A stretch of 64,000 nucleotides of DNA from assembly GCA_003230015.1 (NCBI GenBank), contig QIGO01000221.1, positions 2,449-66,448 on the forward strand. The letters are read 5' to 3'. The notes under the pieces were generated by a model. It made no database searches. It had not been told where the DNA came from and was given only the letters and a program-made list of their open reading frames with translations. A program made the translations under genes and the position numbers. This stretch comes from Alphaproteobacteria bacterium. Its GTDB lineage: Bacteria; Pseudomonadota; Alphaproteobacteria; UBA6615. Positions 1 through 11,138 of the stretch are shown one piece after another; position 1 is the first letter of the stretch; each line of letters opens with the position of its first letter.

Positions 1-1
1 C

Positions 2-622
2 AACAATTTTGCCCTCGCCGCTCTCATTGAGGCCACCGGCGCCGAGCCCCTGACTTTGGGCATCGCCCGTGATAACGAAGCGTCATTGCAAACCCTCGCC
101 GCCGCCGCCGAGGGCACGGACTTACTCCTAACCACCGGCGGCGCCTCGGTCGGCGACCATGATCTCGTCCAGTCGGCACTTGCCAAGCAAGGCCTGGCCC
201 TAGATTTCTGGCGCATCGCCATGCGGCCGGGCAAACCGCTGATGTATGGCCGCTTTGGTTCGGTCCCCCTCATTGGCCTGCCCGGCAACCCGGTCTCGGC
301 GATGGTATGCGCCATCCTCTTTCTCCAGCCCGCCTTGCGCGCCATGCTGGGGCTGACCCGGGACGCCGAACGGACCCACACCGCGATCCTCGGCCATGAC
401 CTCGGCCCAAACGACCGGCGCCAGGAATATCTGCGTGCCACTTTGACGCTCAATGCCACCGGCGAGTCCGTCGCCACCCCGGCAACGAAACAAGACAGTT
501 CCATGTTCGCCACTTTGGCGCGCGCCGATTGTCTCATCGTTCGCCCCCCCGACGCCCCACCGGCAACGGCCGGCGCCCGGGTCGAAATTATCCTCCTCGG
601 CGGCGGCAATATTGGCGTCTAA
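2..622 (+). CDS. moeA: Molybdopterin molybdenumtransferase MoeA (5'-truncated by window edge)
   Basis: Open frame from base 2; motifs [32 protein letters not shown] and QDSSM typical of MoeA. Confidence 0.95.
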   Translation, partial: NNFALAALIEATGAEPLTLGIARDNEASLQTLAAAAEGTDLLLTTGGASVGDHDLVQSALAKQGLALDFWRIAMRPGKPLMYGRFGSVPLIGLPGNPVSAMVCAILFLQPALRAMLGLTRDAERTHTAILGHDLGPNDRRQEYLRATLTLNATGESVATPATKQDSSMFATLARADCLIVRPPDAPPATAGARVEIILLGGGNIGV

Positions 623-668
623 CGGCGACTCCCAATATTTCCGGCAGAATATCGTTGACCCGATTCAA

Positions 669-707
669 GAACAGGACTAGAACACCTGAACTGTTTAGTG
701 TTTGTTC
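669..707. promoter_or_regulatory. Alphaproteobacterial LexA (SOS) boxes upstream of lexA
   Basis: GAAC-AGGACTA-GAAC at 669-683 (GAAC-N7-GAAC), plus a degenerate oppositely oriented GTTT-AGTGTTT-GTTC at 693-707. Confidence 0.85.
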
Positions 708-738
708 TTTCATTTGGCCAGGGATATCCGGGGACCCA

Positions 739-1455
739 ATGCTGACCCGCAAGCAACATGAGCTTCTGCTGTTCATCAATCGCCACCTCACCGAAAATGG
801 TGTTTCACCGTCATTCGATGAAATGAAACAGGCCCTTGGCCTAAAATCAAAATCCGGCATCCATCGCCTGATAACCGGCCTTGAGGAGCGCGGCTTTATC
901 CGCCGGCTGCCCCACCGGGCCCGCGCCTTGGAAATCAAACGCCTGCCCGAAGATATCATCGCCGCGCAAAACGGGCGCCCCGCGACCCCCGGCCGCTTCG
1001 ATCCCCAGGTTATCGAGGGCGGCTTTAGCATCGGCAAAGCCACCGACAGCGGCTCGCCCGCCGGTGACGAAGGCGTCACGAAAATCCCGCTGCTCGGCCG
1101 CATCGCCGCCGGCACGCCCATCGAGGCCCTGCGCGACAACTCCAATTGGCAGCAGATTCCCACCGCCATGCTTGGCGCCGGCGAATATTACTGCCTCGAC
1201 GTCGACGGCGATTCCATGATCGACGCCGGCATTTTGGATGGCGACACCGTGATCATCGAGCGCTGCGATAATGCCGAAAGCGGTGCCATTGTCGTTGCCC
1301 TGGTGGAATCCCAAGAGGTCACCCTCAAACGCCTGCGTAAGCGCAACAATTCCGTCGCCCTGGAGCCCGCCAATCCGAATTACGAAATCCGCATCTTCGG
1401 ACCCGACCAGGTCGAGGTCCAAGGCCGCCTCATTGGCCTGCTCCGCCGCTATTAG
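739..1455 (+). CDS. lexA: SOS repressor LexA
   Basis: [26 protein letters not shown] winged helix; IAAG cleavage site, GDSM serine and VTLKR lysine; true start taken as ATG 739 inside ORF 529..1455. Confidence 0.97.
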   Translation: MLTRKQHELLLFINRHLTENGVSPSFDEMKQALGLKSKSGIHRLITGLEERGFIRRLPHRARALEIKRLPEDIIAAQNGRPATPGRFDPQVIEGGFSIGKATDSGSPAGDEGVTKIPLLGRIAAGTPIEALRDNSNWQQIPTAMLGAGEYYCLDVDGDSMIDAGILDGDTVIIERCDNAESGAIVVALVESQEVTLKRLRKRNNSVALEPANPNYEIRIFGPDQVEVQGRLIGLLRRY

Positions 1456-1461
1456 ATCGCA

Positions 1462-3624
1462 TCAGGGCACCCAGGGCCGCCGGCCCCGCGCCTCGTTGAC
1501 ATTCGCCACCCGCGCGGTCCCGGGCTCCAGCCATAAGACGTGAGCCCCGCCGTCACGCAGATCCCACGGCGTGATCCTGGTATGCGGTCGCGTACAATCT
1601 CTTGGTACCGGCGCCCGGCTGATGATGATATCCGCCACCCGGCAATCGTCCCAGAATGCCGCCGCATCCCGCACCAGCGCCACCGTCTGCCCTTTCACGC
1701 GGAAAATACAGCCCACCCCGTCGCAAGCCAGGCGGCCATCCTCGCTTGCACCTGATTTCGGAAATGTCGCCCACTCATCGATCCCGGCCCGCCGCAGCCA
1801 GATACCGCGCGTAAACGCCGCTGCCCTGCCGCTCGATAGCAGCAATCCGCCATTGCCATCGCTTAGGCCAATCAGCTTCCCATCGCTGTTTACCCAGATA
1901 TCCGGCGCCCGCGTCTGACCCACCGTCAGCAACCCAATCAACACCGCAGCCAGCCCGCCCCACCGCCAGGATCGGCGCATCAAGCACAACCAGAGACCGC
2001 CAAACACCACGGCGATCAGACCCGCCAGCGGCATGGCGCGAACCGATATGGCCGCCCCCGGCCAGGCCGCGACGGTTTTCGCCACCGCCAGGATCCCATC
2101 GACGCCCCAGCCCATGGGGACCAGCGCCAGGGCTTCCAGCCCAAACGGCATCAGTATTAAGGCCAGCACCGCCCACGGCATGACCCACATTCCCGTCAGC
2201 GGCACCGCCGCCAGGTTCGCCACCATCCCGAACACCGCCACCCGGTTGAATTGCTGGATGGCAAACGGCATCGTTGCCAGGCCGGCAACCAGGGTCGTAA
2301 AGGACACACCAACGGCATACAGCGCCAAGCGCCGCAACGGCCCGGCACTGCCATACCAGGCCGCCATCTTCGGTCCGGCCCGTTCATAGAACGCCACCAG
2401 CGCCAGCACCGCCGCGAATGACATCTGGAAACTCGCCCCAACAATGCTCTCTGGCCGCATCAGCAGCACCACCGCCGCCGCCCACGCCACCAGCCGCAGC
2501 GAAATTGCGGTCCGGTCCAGCATCACCGCCACCAGTACCAGGCCGGTCATGACAAACGCCCGCCGCGTCGGCACCGGCGCCCCGGCCAGCAGCAGATAAC
2601 CGAATATCCCCACCAGGGCCATCAGGGCCGCCCATTTCTTGATCGGCCAGTGCAAGGCAACCGGCGCCGCCAGCGCCAGCGACCCCCGCACCACAAAAAA
2701 CAGCAACCCCGCGACCAGGCCCATATGCAGGCCGGATATCGCCAATAAATGGGCCAGACCCGCATCGCGCATGGCGGTTAGCGCAGTTTCCGAGATGCCG
2801 CCCCGCTGCCCCATTAACAGCGCCGCCGCCACCGCGCCCGTGTCCCCGTCCAACACCGCGGTGACCCGCCGCAAGACCCCTTGCCTCAGAGCCGCGATGA
2901 AGCGCTTGCCGACACCGGGTTCACGCGGCTCGAGCACCAGGACTTGCCCCATGGCAAAGCCCACCGCCCCCAGCCGCGCAAACCACGCCTGGCGCTGAAA
3001 ATCGAACGCCCCCGGCGCCGACGGCCCCGGCGGCGGCAGCAGCGAGGCGCGAACGCGAATAAGGCTGCCCACATCGGGCGGTTCCCGGTCGCCGCGAACC
3101 CTGATGCGGACCAGTACCGGTGTCTCGGCCGCCGCAAGCCGCGCCACCACCGGGTCTGCCACCGTCACGCGAAAGCCGCCGGCAACCGGATCGGCACGCG
3201 CCACCCGCCCCTCGACCATAACAGCCGATATCTGCCGCTCCAGCACCGGCGCGGCGACAAGCATCGTCCGCCACTGCGCCGCATTGAACCCCACCGCCAG
3301 CGCCAACACGGCACTTGCCGCCACCAGGGCCGGCACCCGCCGCCGCACTTGCCAGACCAGCAAACCGGCGCCGCCGATCATCGCCATACCCAGCCAGAAC
3401 GGCGGTTCGAACCGCAACGAAAAATAGCCTGCGACCCCAACCCCGAGCGCCACCGCCAGCCAGGGCACCAAGCCATGACGTTCTGCGCGCAATGTTTCCT
3501 GCAGCCACGAAACCAATCCCGCGGCTCCTGCCGGCGGCACCAACTCCGCGCCCAAGGCCTGCCAGGCAGCCCGCACAATCCCTCCCCTCAAAGGCCGGCG
3601 CGCCGAATCGGTGCGGCGCGCCAC
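1462..3624 (-). CDS. comEC: ComEC/Rec2 family competence protein
   Basis: PGAFDFQR, GLAHLLAISGLHMG, VPTRRAFVM and SFQMSF motifs; many TM segments; start codon uncertain. Confidence 0.92.
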   Translation of the reverse strand: MARRTDSARRPLRGGIVRAAWQALGAELVPPAGAAGLVSWLQETLRAERHGLVPWLAVALGVGVAGYFSLRFEPPFWLGMAMIGGAGLLVWQVRRRVPALVAASAVLALAVGFNAAQWRTMLVAAPVLERQISAVMVEGRVARADPVAGGFRVTVADPVVARLAAAETPVLVRIRVRGDREPPDVGSLIRVRASLLPPPGPSAPGAFDFQRQAWFARLGAVGFAMGQVLVLEPREPGVGKRFIAALRQGVLRRVTAVLDGDTGAVAAALLMGQRGGISETALTAMRDAGLAHLLAISGLHMGLVAGLLFFVVRGSLALAAPVALHWPIKKWAALMALVGIFGYLLLAGAPVPTRRAFVMTGLVLVAVMLDRTAISLRLVAWAAAVVLLMRPESIVGASFQMSFAAVLALVAFYERAGPKMAAWYGSAGPLRRLALYAVGVSFTTLVAGLATMPFAIQQFNRVAVFGMVANLAAVPLTGMWVMPWAVLALILMPFGLEALALVPMGWGVDGILAVAKTVAAWPGAAISVRAMPLAGLIAVVFGGLWLCLMRRSWRWGGLAAVLIGLLTVGQTRAPDIWVNSDGKLIGLSDGNGGLLLSSGRAAAFTRGIWLRRAGIDEWATFPKSGASEDGRLACDGVGCIFRVKGQTVALVRDAAAFWDDCRVADIIISRAPVPRDCTRPHTRITPWDLRDGGAHVLWLEPGTARVANVNEARGRRPWVP

Positions 3625-3738
3625 TGCGGCACGCGGAAGTGTTAGGCACCTGCCCCAACGGGCGCAAGCCTGGAGGCTGCGGTGTCAGGCGCGATTGTGC
3701 TAGAAGACCTCGCCCACCAATCCACTCTTTCGGTAACT

Positions 3739-5169
3739 ATGACTGTCGTCACCCGCTTCGCCCCCTCGCCCACCGGCTTTCTCCATATCGGTGGAGCCCG
3801 CACAGCCCTGTTCAATTGGCTGTTCAGCCGCCACCATGGCGGCACATTTCGCCTGCGCATCGAAGATACCGACGCCAAACGGTCCACCCCGGAGGCCATC
3901 GAGGGAATCCTCGACGGTCTCGGCTGGCTTGAATTGGACTGGGACGGCGATACGGTTTTTCAATCCCGCAACGCCGCCCGCCACGCCGCCATTGCCGAAC
4001 AGCTACTCGCCAGCGGCAACGCCTATCGTTGTTTTTGCACCCCCGACGAACTGGCGCAGATGCGCACCGAGGCCCGAGCGCAAGGCCGCACGCGGCTCTA
4101 TGACGGACGCTGGCGCGACCGCGACCCCGCCGAGGCACCGGCGGGCATTTCCCCGGTCGTCCGCGTCAAAATGCCACTCCAAGGACAAACGGTCATCCAG
4201 GATCTGGTGCAAGGCGAAGTAACCGTCGCCAATCAGCAGCTCGATGATTTCATTCTGCTCCGTGCCGATGGCTCGCCCACCTACATGCTGTCCGTTGTCG
4301 TCGACGATCACGACATGGCCATCACCCATGTCATCCGCGGCGACGATCACCTCAACAACGCCTTCCGCCAACTCCATCTTTACCAAGCCTGCGGTTGGGA
4401 TATCCCGGACTTCGCCCACATCCCGCTTATCCACGGATCCGACGGCGCCAAACTTTCCAAACGCCACGGCGCCTTGGGTGTCGACGCCTATCGCGACATG
4501 GGATATCTGCCCGAAGCGTTACGCAACTATCTCCTGCGCCTGGGCTGGAGCCATGGCGACGAAGAGATTATCGATACCCCGCAGGCCATCGCCTGGTTCG
4601 ACCTCGACTCGGTGGGCCGCGCCGCCGCCCGCATGGACTTCACCAAACTTGAATCCCTCAACGCTCACTATATTCGCCAGGCGGACCGTGACCGCCTGAT
4701 TGAGCTCATCCGGCCGCAACTGGAACGCTCCCTCGGCCACCCCATCGACGATCCCGGGCTCGAGCGTTTGAACAAAGGCCTCGACGGATTGAGACAACGC
4801 ACAAAAACCCTGCTCGAACTGGCCGAATCGGCCTTGATATATTGCCGCCATGGCCCGTTGCCCATTTCCCCGGCGGCGGCAAAACTCCTCGATCCCGATG
4901 CCACCGCGCATCTCAAACGGCTCTCTATACCCTTGCGCGCACTAGCCCCGTGGAACGAGCAAAATCTTGAATCGTTGCTGCGCGAATATTGTGAGCAATC
5001 GGACATCAAATTTGGTAAGATCGCGCAGCCACTCAGAGCGGCCTTGACTGGCACGACCAAGTCCCCGGGCATATTTGAGGTTATGAATATACTCGGCCGC
5101 GACGAAGTGTTGCGGCGCCTCTCCATGGTGACCGGAGAGACCGAGCCGGGTTTTTTTCCAGGCCGCTGA
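3739..5169 (+). CDS. gltX: Glutamate--tRNA ligase
   Basis: RFAPSPTGFLHIGG (HIGH motif), RIEDTD, KLSKR (KMSKS motif). Confidence 0.97.
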   Translation: MTVVTRFAPSPTGFLHIGGARTALFNWLFSRHHGGTFRLRIEDTDAKRSTPEAIEGILDGLGWLELDWDGDTVFQSRNAARHAAIAEQLLASGNAYRCFCTPDELAQMRTEARAQGRTRLYDGRWRDRDPAEAPAGISPVVRVKMPLQGQTVIQDLVQGEVTVANQQLDDFILLRADGSPTYMLSVVVDDHDMAITHVIRGDDHLNNAFRQLHLYQACGWDIPDFAHIPLIHGSDGAKLSKRHGALGVDAYRDMGYLPEALRNYLLRLGWSHGDEEIIDTPQAIAWFDLDSVGRAAARMDFTKLESLNAHYIRQADRDRLIELIRPQLERSLGHPIDDPGLERLNKGLDGLRQRTKTLLELAESALIYCRHGPLPISPAAAKLLDPDATAHLKRLSIPLRALAPWNEQNLESLLREYCEQSDIKFGKIAQPLRAALTGTTKSPGIFEVMNILGRDEVLRRLSMVTGETEPGFFPGR

Positions 5170-5261
5170 TTTGCGCTCCGCAGGTCAGGTCAAGTAGGTT
5201 GGCGCGAGGCAGCTCCCATTCGCCTCCGGCGCGATTTTAACTGGTACATAGGAATTAACAC

Positions 5262-6590
5262 ATGACAGCAGAACGCGCGGCGAGCCACGTCGAAACAGAA
5301 GAAACCGTAACGCTGACAATTGATAAGACAGGCGAAACTCATCAGCTGCGCGTTCTCTCCGGAACGACCGGCCCTAGCGCTATTGATGTACGCGACTTAT
5401 ACGCCCAGACGGGCATGTTCACCTACGATCCCGGTTTCACCTCGACCGCGAGCTGCGACTCTTCCCTGACCTATATTGACGGCGATGCCGGCATTCTGCG
5501 CCATCGCGGTTACGCCATCGAAGACCTTGCCGAGCACAGCGACTTCATGGAGGTGTGCTACCTGCTGCTCAACGGCGATTTGCCCAACGCCAAACAGAAA
5601 GCAAAATTCGAGCACACCATTACCAATCACACCATGGTGCATGAACAGCTCATGTATCTGTTCCGGGGTTTTCGGCGCGATGCCCACCCCATGTCCATTC
5701 TTGTCGGTGTCACCGGCGCATTGTCCGCCTTTTATCATGACTCCACCGACATTTCCGACGCCCACCAGCGCATGGTGGCATCCCACCGCCTGATCGCCAA
5801 GATGCCGACCATCGCCGCCTTGGCTTACAAATATTCCATTGGCCAGCCCTTCGTATATCCGCGCAACGACCTCAACTTCGCCGAGAATTTTCTCCATATG
5901 ACTTTTTCGGTTCCGGCCGAGGAATACCGGCTGCTGCCGGAAGTTTCCCGCGCCATGGACCGGATATTTATCCTCCACGCCGATCATGAGCAGAACGCGT
6001 CCACCTCCACGGTTCGCCTGGCCGGTTCATCCGGCGCCAACCCCTTCGCCTGCATTGCCGCTGGTATCTCCTCCCTATGGGGTCCGGCTCACGGCGGCGC
6101 CAACGAAGCCGTTCTCAACATGCTGGGGGAGATCGGCAGCAAAGACCGCATCCCCGAATTCATTGCCCGCGCCAAGGACAAGGACGATCCATTCCGCCTC
6201 ATGGGCTTTGGCCATCGCGTCTACAAGAACTATGACCCCCGCGCCACGGTGTTGCGTAAATCCTGTGACGAAGTTTTGGCGGCACTTGGCGTTGGCGACG
6301 AACCTTTGCTCGACCTGGCCATGGAGCTTGAAAAAACCGCCTTGGCCGACCCCTATTTCGTCGAGCGCAAGCTCTTTCCCAACGTCGATTTCTATTCCGG
6401 CATCCTGCTCAAGGCCATGGGCTTCCCCACCAGCATGTTCACAGTTTTGTTCGCCCTTGCCCGAACCGTCGGCTGGGTCGCTCAATGGAAGGAAATGGTG
6501 GAAGATCCCAAACAACGCATCGGCCGCCCACGGCAACTCTATGTCGGCCCGGACGAGCGCAAATTTGTCCCCATGGCCGGGCGCCGATAG
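5262..6590 (+). CDS. gltA: Citrate synthase (hexameric, Gram-negative type)
   Basis: [42 protein letters not shown]. Confidence 0.98.
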   Translation: MTAERAASHVETEETVTLTIDKTGETHQLRVLSGTTGPSAIDVRDLYAQTGMFTYDPGFTSTASCDSSLTYIDGDAGILRHRGYAIEDLAEHSDFMEVCYLLLNGDLPNAKQKAKFEHTITNHTMVHEQLMYLFRGFRRDAHPMSILVGVTGALSAFYHDSTDISDAHQRMVASHRLIAKMPTIAALAYKYSIGQPFVYPRNDLNFAENFLHMTFSVPAEEYRLLPEVSRAMDRIFILHADHEQNASTSTVRLAGSSGANPFACIAAGISSLWGPAHGGANEAVLNMLGEIGSKDRIPEFIARAKDKDDPFRLMGFGHRVYKNYDPRATVLRKSCDEVLAALGVGDEPLLDLAMELEKTALADPYFVERKLFPNVDFYSGILLKAMGFPTSMFTVLFALARTVGWVAQWKEMVEDPKQRIGRPRQLYVGPDERKFVPMAGRR

Positions 6591-6709
6591 CCGTGATTCC
6601 CCATCCCCCACGGCGCCTGGTCCCGCGACCACGAGCCGCCCAGGCGAAGTTAAAGCGCGATGTCGCGAATCGGCGCATCCGTGTCGGCCCGGCAGCAAAC
6701 GATAACAAC

Positions 6710-6750
6710 GCCATGCGCCCCCGCCGCGGCCGCATGGCTTTGTTTTTTGT
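6710..6750 (+). terminator. Putative Rho-independent terminator downstream of gltA
   Basis: GCCATGCG (6710-6717) / CGCATGGC (6731-6738) stem followed by TTTGTTTTTTGT; lies between convergent gltA and lpxB. Confidence 0.55.
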
Positions 6751-6786
6751 TATCTTGCTGGCACTGGCCGCCGTTTGGCTGGCACT

Positions 6787-7944
6787 TTAGGCAACGCCCG
6801 CGCGACCGGCCACCAAATCGCATAATGTTTTTGCTGCCCGCTCGCTCGGCAGCGGCCCGGCATGACCCAGCGCCCGCACCGCCTCGGCGCCGGCGGCCAT
6901 AACATCCTGCCGCCGCGACGGCACGCTGAGCAAATTTTCCAAGGCCTCGGCCAGCGGTTTCGGGCGGCATTGGTCTTGCAGCAATTCCGGCGACGCGGCC
7001 CGGCTAACCAGCAAATTGACCAATGACACGAACCGGACCCGTATCATGCGGCGCAAGAACAACGCCGTCAGCGGCGCGACTTTGTAGCCGATAACCGTTG
7101 GCACGCGGGCCATTGCCAACTCCAGAGCCACGGTACCGGAGGCCGCGAGCGCGACATCGCTGGCGGCCATCGCATCGAAGCGCGACGCACGATCCTCGAC
7201 CACCACCACATCGACGGGCCAGGCCTCGGTAGCCTTACGCACGTTCTCAACAATGTGGGGCAGCGTCGGCACCACCGCGACGAGCCCTCTCCGCCGCGCC
7301 GCCAATTCGCTGACGGCTCCGCCAAACGGCCCCAGCAGGCGGTTCACCTCGCCATGGCGGCTACCGGGCAAAACACAGACCACGGTGACGCCGGCCCCGA
7401 TGCCATGTCTCTCCCGGAACCCCGCCCCGTCTCCTTTATCTGCACCGCCCTCGATCACGGGATGGCCGACAAAACTGCACGCCAGCCCGGCCCGCTCGAA
7501 ATACGGCGGCTCAAACGGCAACAATGCCAGCATGTGATCGAATGCCCGCCGAAATTTATGCACCCGCCGCGCCCGCCATGCCCACACGGTTGGCGCGACA
7601 TAATGGACCCGCAGCATCGATCGGCTCCGCAGCCGGCGCACCACGCCAAAAGCAAACGCCGGCGAATCTATCGTCACCAAGATGTCGGGCTGGGTTTCCT
7701 CCACCGCCCGCGCCGCCACCCCCATCAGCCGCAGCAGCGACCGCGCCCTGGGTATGACTTCGAAAACACCCATTACGGCAAGTTCGGCGTAGTCGAACAG
7801 GCTTTGCAACCCCTGCTCAGCCATCTGCGGACCGCCAACACCGCTAAACCGCACTTCGTCGCCCAATTGGCGCTTCAATGCCACCATCAGCCGGGCACCG
7901 ATCAGGTCCCCCGACGGCTCGCCAGCGATCAGAAAAAAATGCAT
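6787..7944 (-). CDS. lpxB: Lipid-A-disaccharide synthase
   Basis: IAGEPSGD, TIDSP, HYVAPTVWAWR, LLPFE, FVGHP, LPGSR, ASGTVALE. Confidence 0.97.
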   Translation of the reverse strand: MHFFLIAGEPSGDLIGARLMVALKRQLGDEVRFSGVGGPQMAEQGLQSLFDYAELAVMGVFEVIPRARSLLRLMGVAARAVEETQPDILVTIDSPAFAFGVVRRLRSRSMLRVHYVAPTVWAWRARRVHKFRRAFDHMLALLPFEPPYFERAGLACSFVGHPVIEGGADKGDGAGFRERHGIGAGVTVVCVLPGSRHGEVNRLLGPFGGAVSELAARRRGLVAVVPTLPHIVENVRKATEAWPVDVVVVEDRASRFDAMAASDVALAASGTVALELAMARVPTVIGYKVAPLTALFLRRMIRVRFVSLVNLLVSRAASPELLQDQCRPKPLAEALENLLSVPSRRQDVMAAGAEAVRALGHAGPLPSERAAKTLCDLVAGRAGVA

Positions 7945-7954
7945 GACTATTTAC

Positions 7955-8824
7955 TTAGTCGACCGGCGCAGCGGGCTGTGCGCCACCATCCTCGGCGCCA
8001 AACGCCGGCTGCACGCCGATGACGAACAAATCCAGTTCATCGGCCCGCGCCACCATCGCCTCTCGGTGCAAGATCAGGCTCTCCCCCGCCTGCACCGCAA
8101 TACCGCGAAGCCCGGCATGCGCGGCGTGACGCACCGTTTCGAGCCCGATTGTTGGCAGGTCCGCGCGTCGTTCCTGCCCCGGTTTGGCCAGCTTGACCAA
8201 CACGCCGCCCGGCCCCTCGCGCCTCAGTTCGCCGCACCGCGCCAGCAGCGCATCCGTACCCTCGACCGCCTCCAGCGCCAGCACGATACCTTGTTGCACC
8301 ACCACCGCCTGCGCCACATCCACGGCCCCCAAGGTCCGGGCCACCTCGATCCCCCGGACAATATCCTTGACCGCCGTTTCATCCGGCGCGTGACGGCCCA
8401 ACAGGCCCTCCGGCGCCAGCAGCGGTTTCAACAAGCTGTCGGCGCCGATCACCCGAAATCCCTCCCGGCTCTCCAACTCCTGCAACAGCGCGTGCAACAA
8501 CCCATCGTCACCTTTTGCCAGTATGCCCCGTGCCAGAAACTCCGCCGCCCGCCCATCGGGCCGCAGTTCGACAATCGACGGCCGCCGCACCGGCCCGGCC
8601 AGCACGATGTCTTTCACCCCGGCGCCATGCAGCGCCGTCAGCGCCTTTTTCGCCGCCCCCAACCTCACCCAGACATGCGGTGTATCGCCAACGACCCGCG
8701 CATCGGCATGCCCCTTGAACGCGACGATAAATACCTCGCGCCCGGCGTCCCGGCAGGCCGCGGCAAGATATCCCGGCAGCGGGCCTCCCCCAGCCAGAAC
8801 ACCCAGCGTCCTATCCGTCTCCAT
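7955..8824 (-). CDS. lpxI: UDP-2,3-diacylglucosamine diphosphatase LpxI
   Basis: GVLAGGGPLP, GDDGLL, DVAQAVVV, EAVEGTD, KPGQ..DLPTIG; position between lpxA and lpxB; ATG at 8824. Confidence 0.92.
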   Translation of the reverse strand: METDRTLGVLAGGGPLPGYLAAACRDAGREVFIVAFKGHADARVVGDTPHVWVRLGAAKKALTALHGAGVKDIVLAGPVRRPSIVELRPDGRAAEFLARGILAKGDDGLLHALLQELESREGFRVIGADSLLKPLLAPEGLLGRHAPDETAVKDIVRGIEVARTLGAVDVAQAVVVQQGIVLALEAVEGTDALLARCGELRREGPGGVLVKLAKPGQERRADLPTIGLETVRHAAHAGLRGIAVQAGESLILHREAMVARADELDLFVIGVQPAFGAEDGGAQPAAPVD

Positions 8825-9614
8825 GCACCGGCCGCGGCTGCAATACCTGCCGCGAAGTCTGCTCTTGCATGAAGTTGATGATGTCCATGACCGGCTCGCT
8901 CGACTTATAGAGCTCGATCGCATCGCTCAGACGCTCGGCAAGCGTGCCCTCATTGGCGAACAGCGACCGGTAGGCCGCGCGCAGCTCGTGAATCGTTTCC
9001 CGCGAAAAACCACGGCGCTTGAGGCCAATAATATTCAACCCCGTGAGCCTTGCCCGATCACCGAACGCCGACCCATAGGGGATCACGTCATGCTCGACAC
9101 CTGACATACCGCCAACCATCGCATGGGCGCCGACCCGCACGAACTGGTGCACACCGCACAGCCCGCCAAGGATCACATGGTCCCCCAGGGTCACATGCCC
9201 GGCCAGCGTCGCGTTGTTTGCCATGATGACATTGTTGCCGACGATGCAGTCGTGGGCCACATGCGAACCGCCCATGAACAGGCAGTCGTTGCCGACACGT
9301 GTCACCATGCCGCCCCCCTTGGTACCTGGATTCATCGTGACATGCTCACGGATGACGTTGCCTGAACCGATAACCAGTTCCGACGCTTCGCCGCGGTATT
9401 TAAGATCCTGCGGTTGCAACCCGATTGAGGTGAAAGGAAACAGCGAGCAGCCTGGCCCTATCCGCGTACGGCCGCCGACGACGACATGACCGTGCAGCAC
9501 GACCCCGTCGCCCAAGGTAACATTCGGGCCGACAATACAGAACGGCCCGATCGCGACATCCTCGCCGATCGCCGCGCCATCTTCAATGACGGCACTTGGA
9601 TGAATTTGTGTCAT
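8811..9614 (-). CDS. lpxA: UDP-N-acetylglucosamine O-acyltransferase
   Basis: Hexapeptide repeats, [33 protein letters not shown]. Confidence 0.98.
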   Translation of the reverse strand: MTQIHPSAVIEDGAAIGEDVAIGPFCIVGPNVTLGDGVVLHGHVVVGGRTRIGPGCSLFPFTSIGLQPQDLKYRGEASELVIGSGNVIREHVTMNPGTKGGGMVTRVGNDCLFMGGSHVAHDCIVGNNVIMANNATLAGHVTLGDHVILGGLCGVHQFVRVGAHAMVGGMSGVEHDVIPYGSAFGDRARLTGLNIIGLKRRGFSRETIHELRAAYRSLFANEGTLAERLSDAIELYKSSEPVMDIINFMQEQTSRQVLQPRPVHGDG

Positions 9615-10084
9615 TCACTATCCATGATCATCGCGGTAAAGGTCGCCTCGGCGACAATTTGCCCGTTCACGCGGCCTTCGCCACGGAACTTCCATACCGG
9701 TCCGCGATTTCGAATTTTTGCCACATGCAGGTAAAGTACATCCCCCGGTGTCACCGGTTTGCGAAAGCGCCCATCCTCGACGCTCATAAAATAGACCAAT
9801 TTTCCTTTTGCACTGTCGCCCAGCGTTTCGACCACCAGGACGGCGGCGGTTTGCGCCATCGCCTCGATAATCAGCACACCCGGCATAACGGGGCGTGACG
9901 GAAAATGACCGCGAAAATGCGGCTCGATAGCTGTCACATTTTTTACACCGATCGCGCTGACATCCGGGAAAATACCCTCCGCCCGGTCGATCATCAGGAA
10001 CGGCTCGCGATGGGGGATCAATTCCATGATCCGTTCCACATCCGCGCTCCGTCCCGTCGTTTGCACTGCCCCAGTATCCATCAT
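9611..10084 (-). CDS. fabZ: 3-hydroxyacyl-ACP dehydratase FabZ
   Basis: [38 protein letters not shown]. Confidence 0.97.
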   Translation of the reverse strand: MMDTGAVQTTGRSADVERIMELIPHREPFLMIDRAEGIFPDVSAIGVKNVTAIEPHFRGHFPSRPVMPGVLIIEAMAQTAAVLVVETLGDSAKGKLVYFMSVEDGRFRKPVTPGDVLYLHVAKIRNRGPVWKFRGEGRVNGQIVAEATFTAMIMDSE

Positions 10085-10095
10085 CGCCGCCAAGA

Positions 10096-11121
10096 TTATT
10101 TGCCGTCTCCACCTTTTGCCAATTTTGCCAACAGGGCGAATTGGCGAAAAAACTCTTTTGCCGGAATGGCCGGGTTTCCGGCCATTCTTGAACCCGCGGG
10201 CGCGTCACGCATCAATCCCGAACGCGCGGCAAGCTGCACTCCGGCACCGATCTTGATATGGCCGGCCACCCCGGCCTGGCCCCCGATGACAACCAAATCA
10301 CCCAATTTGGCACTACCCGACAGCCCCACCTGAGCGACGATGACGCACCCCCGGCCAAGCTGCACGTTGTGCCCGATTTGCACCAAATTATCAATCTTGC
10401 AGCCGTCGCCAATTATTGTGTCCGGTCCGGCACCGCGGTCAACCGTACTATTGGCACCGATTTCCACATCGTCCCCAATTATCACTCGGCCAAGCTGAGG
10501 CACGTCCAAATGGCCGTCCGACGACATATCGAAGCCAAATCCCCGCTGCCCGATCCGCACCCCCGGATGAATAAGCGCCCGCGCACCCACCAAACAATGG
10601 CTGAGTGTAGCATTGGGCCCGACGGCACAATCTGCGCCAATGACCACGAACGGCCCGATCACCGTATTGGCGCCAATCTGGACCCGGTCGCCAATTTCGG
10701 CCCCCCGCCCGATGACCACCCCCGCCCCGACCGAAACACCGCTGCCAAGCCTGGCACTGCCATCGATCTGAGCGCTGGCATGACGTTCATCCACAGCCGC
10801 CTGGTCACCATAGAAGGCTTGTGCAATGAGGGCATACGCCCTGTAGGGCCTATCGCTGGTCAGCAGCACCATGCCCCTTGGTGCAAATTTTGCGTATTTG
10901 GCCACCACGACGCAAGCGCCCGCCGCACTTTCCTTGAATTGCTCCAGATACCGTGGATTGTCGAGAAAGCTGACGGTCTCGGCACTGGCGCTGTCCAGCG
11001 GCGCTACATCATGCATCACCCGATCGCCGTCTGCGTCATCGCCAAGCTCTATCGCCGCGATTTCCGCCAAATCCCGCAAAGAGAACGGGCCGCAATTCTT
11101 GAAGAAGCGAGGATCGGCCAT
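10096..11121 (-). CDS. lpxD: UDP-3-O-acylglucosamine N-acyltransferase
   Basis: MADPRFF start, hexapeptide repeats, [24 protein letters not shown]. Confidence 0.97.
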   Translation of the reverse strand: MADPRFFKNCGPFSLRDLAEIAAIELGDDADGDRVMHDVAPLDSASAETVSFLDNPRYLEQFKESAAGACVVVAKYAKFAPRGMVLLTSDRPYRAYALIAQAFYGDQAAVDERHASAQIDGSARLGSGVSVGAGVVIGRGAEIGDRVQIGANTVIGPFVVIGADCAVGPNATLSHCLVGARALIHPGVRIGQRGFGFDMSSDGHLDVPQLGRVIIGDDVEIGANSTVDRGAGPDTIIGDGCKIDNLVQIGHNVQLGRGCVIVAQVGLSGSAKLGDLVVIGGQAGVAGHIKIGAGVQLAARSGLMRDAPAGSRMAGNPAIPAKEFFRQFALLAKLAKGGDGK

Positions 11122-11138
11122 CAACGCACGCCCAAATA

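Noticed and set aside
529..738. 70-aa N-terminal extension of LexA in the ORF track
   Set aside because: Overlaps moeA and the LexA operator; the canonical MLTRKQ start is at 739
6692..6708. GCA GCA AAC GAT AAC looks like the start of a tmRNA tag reading frame
   Set aside because: No tRNA-like domain, no typical upstream resume context and no Ala-Ala-stop ending; not ssrA
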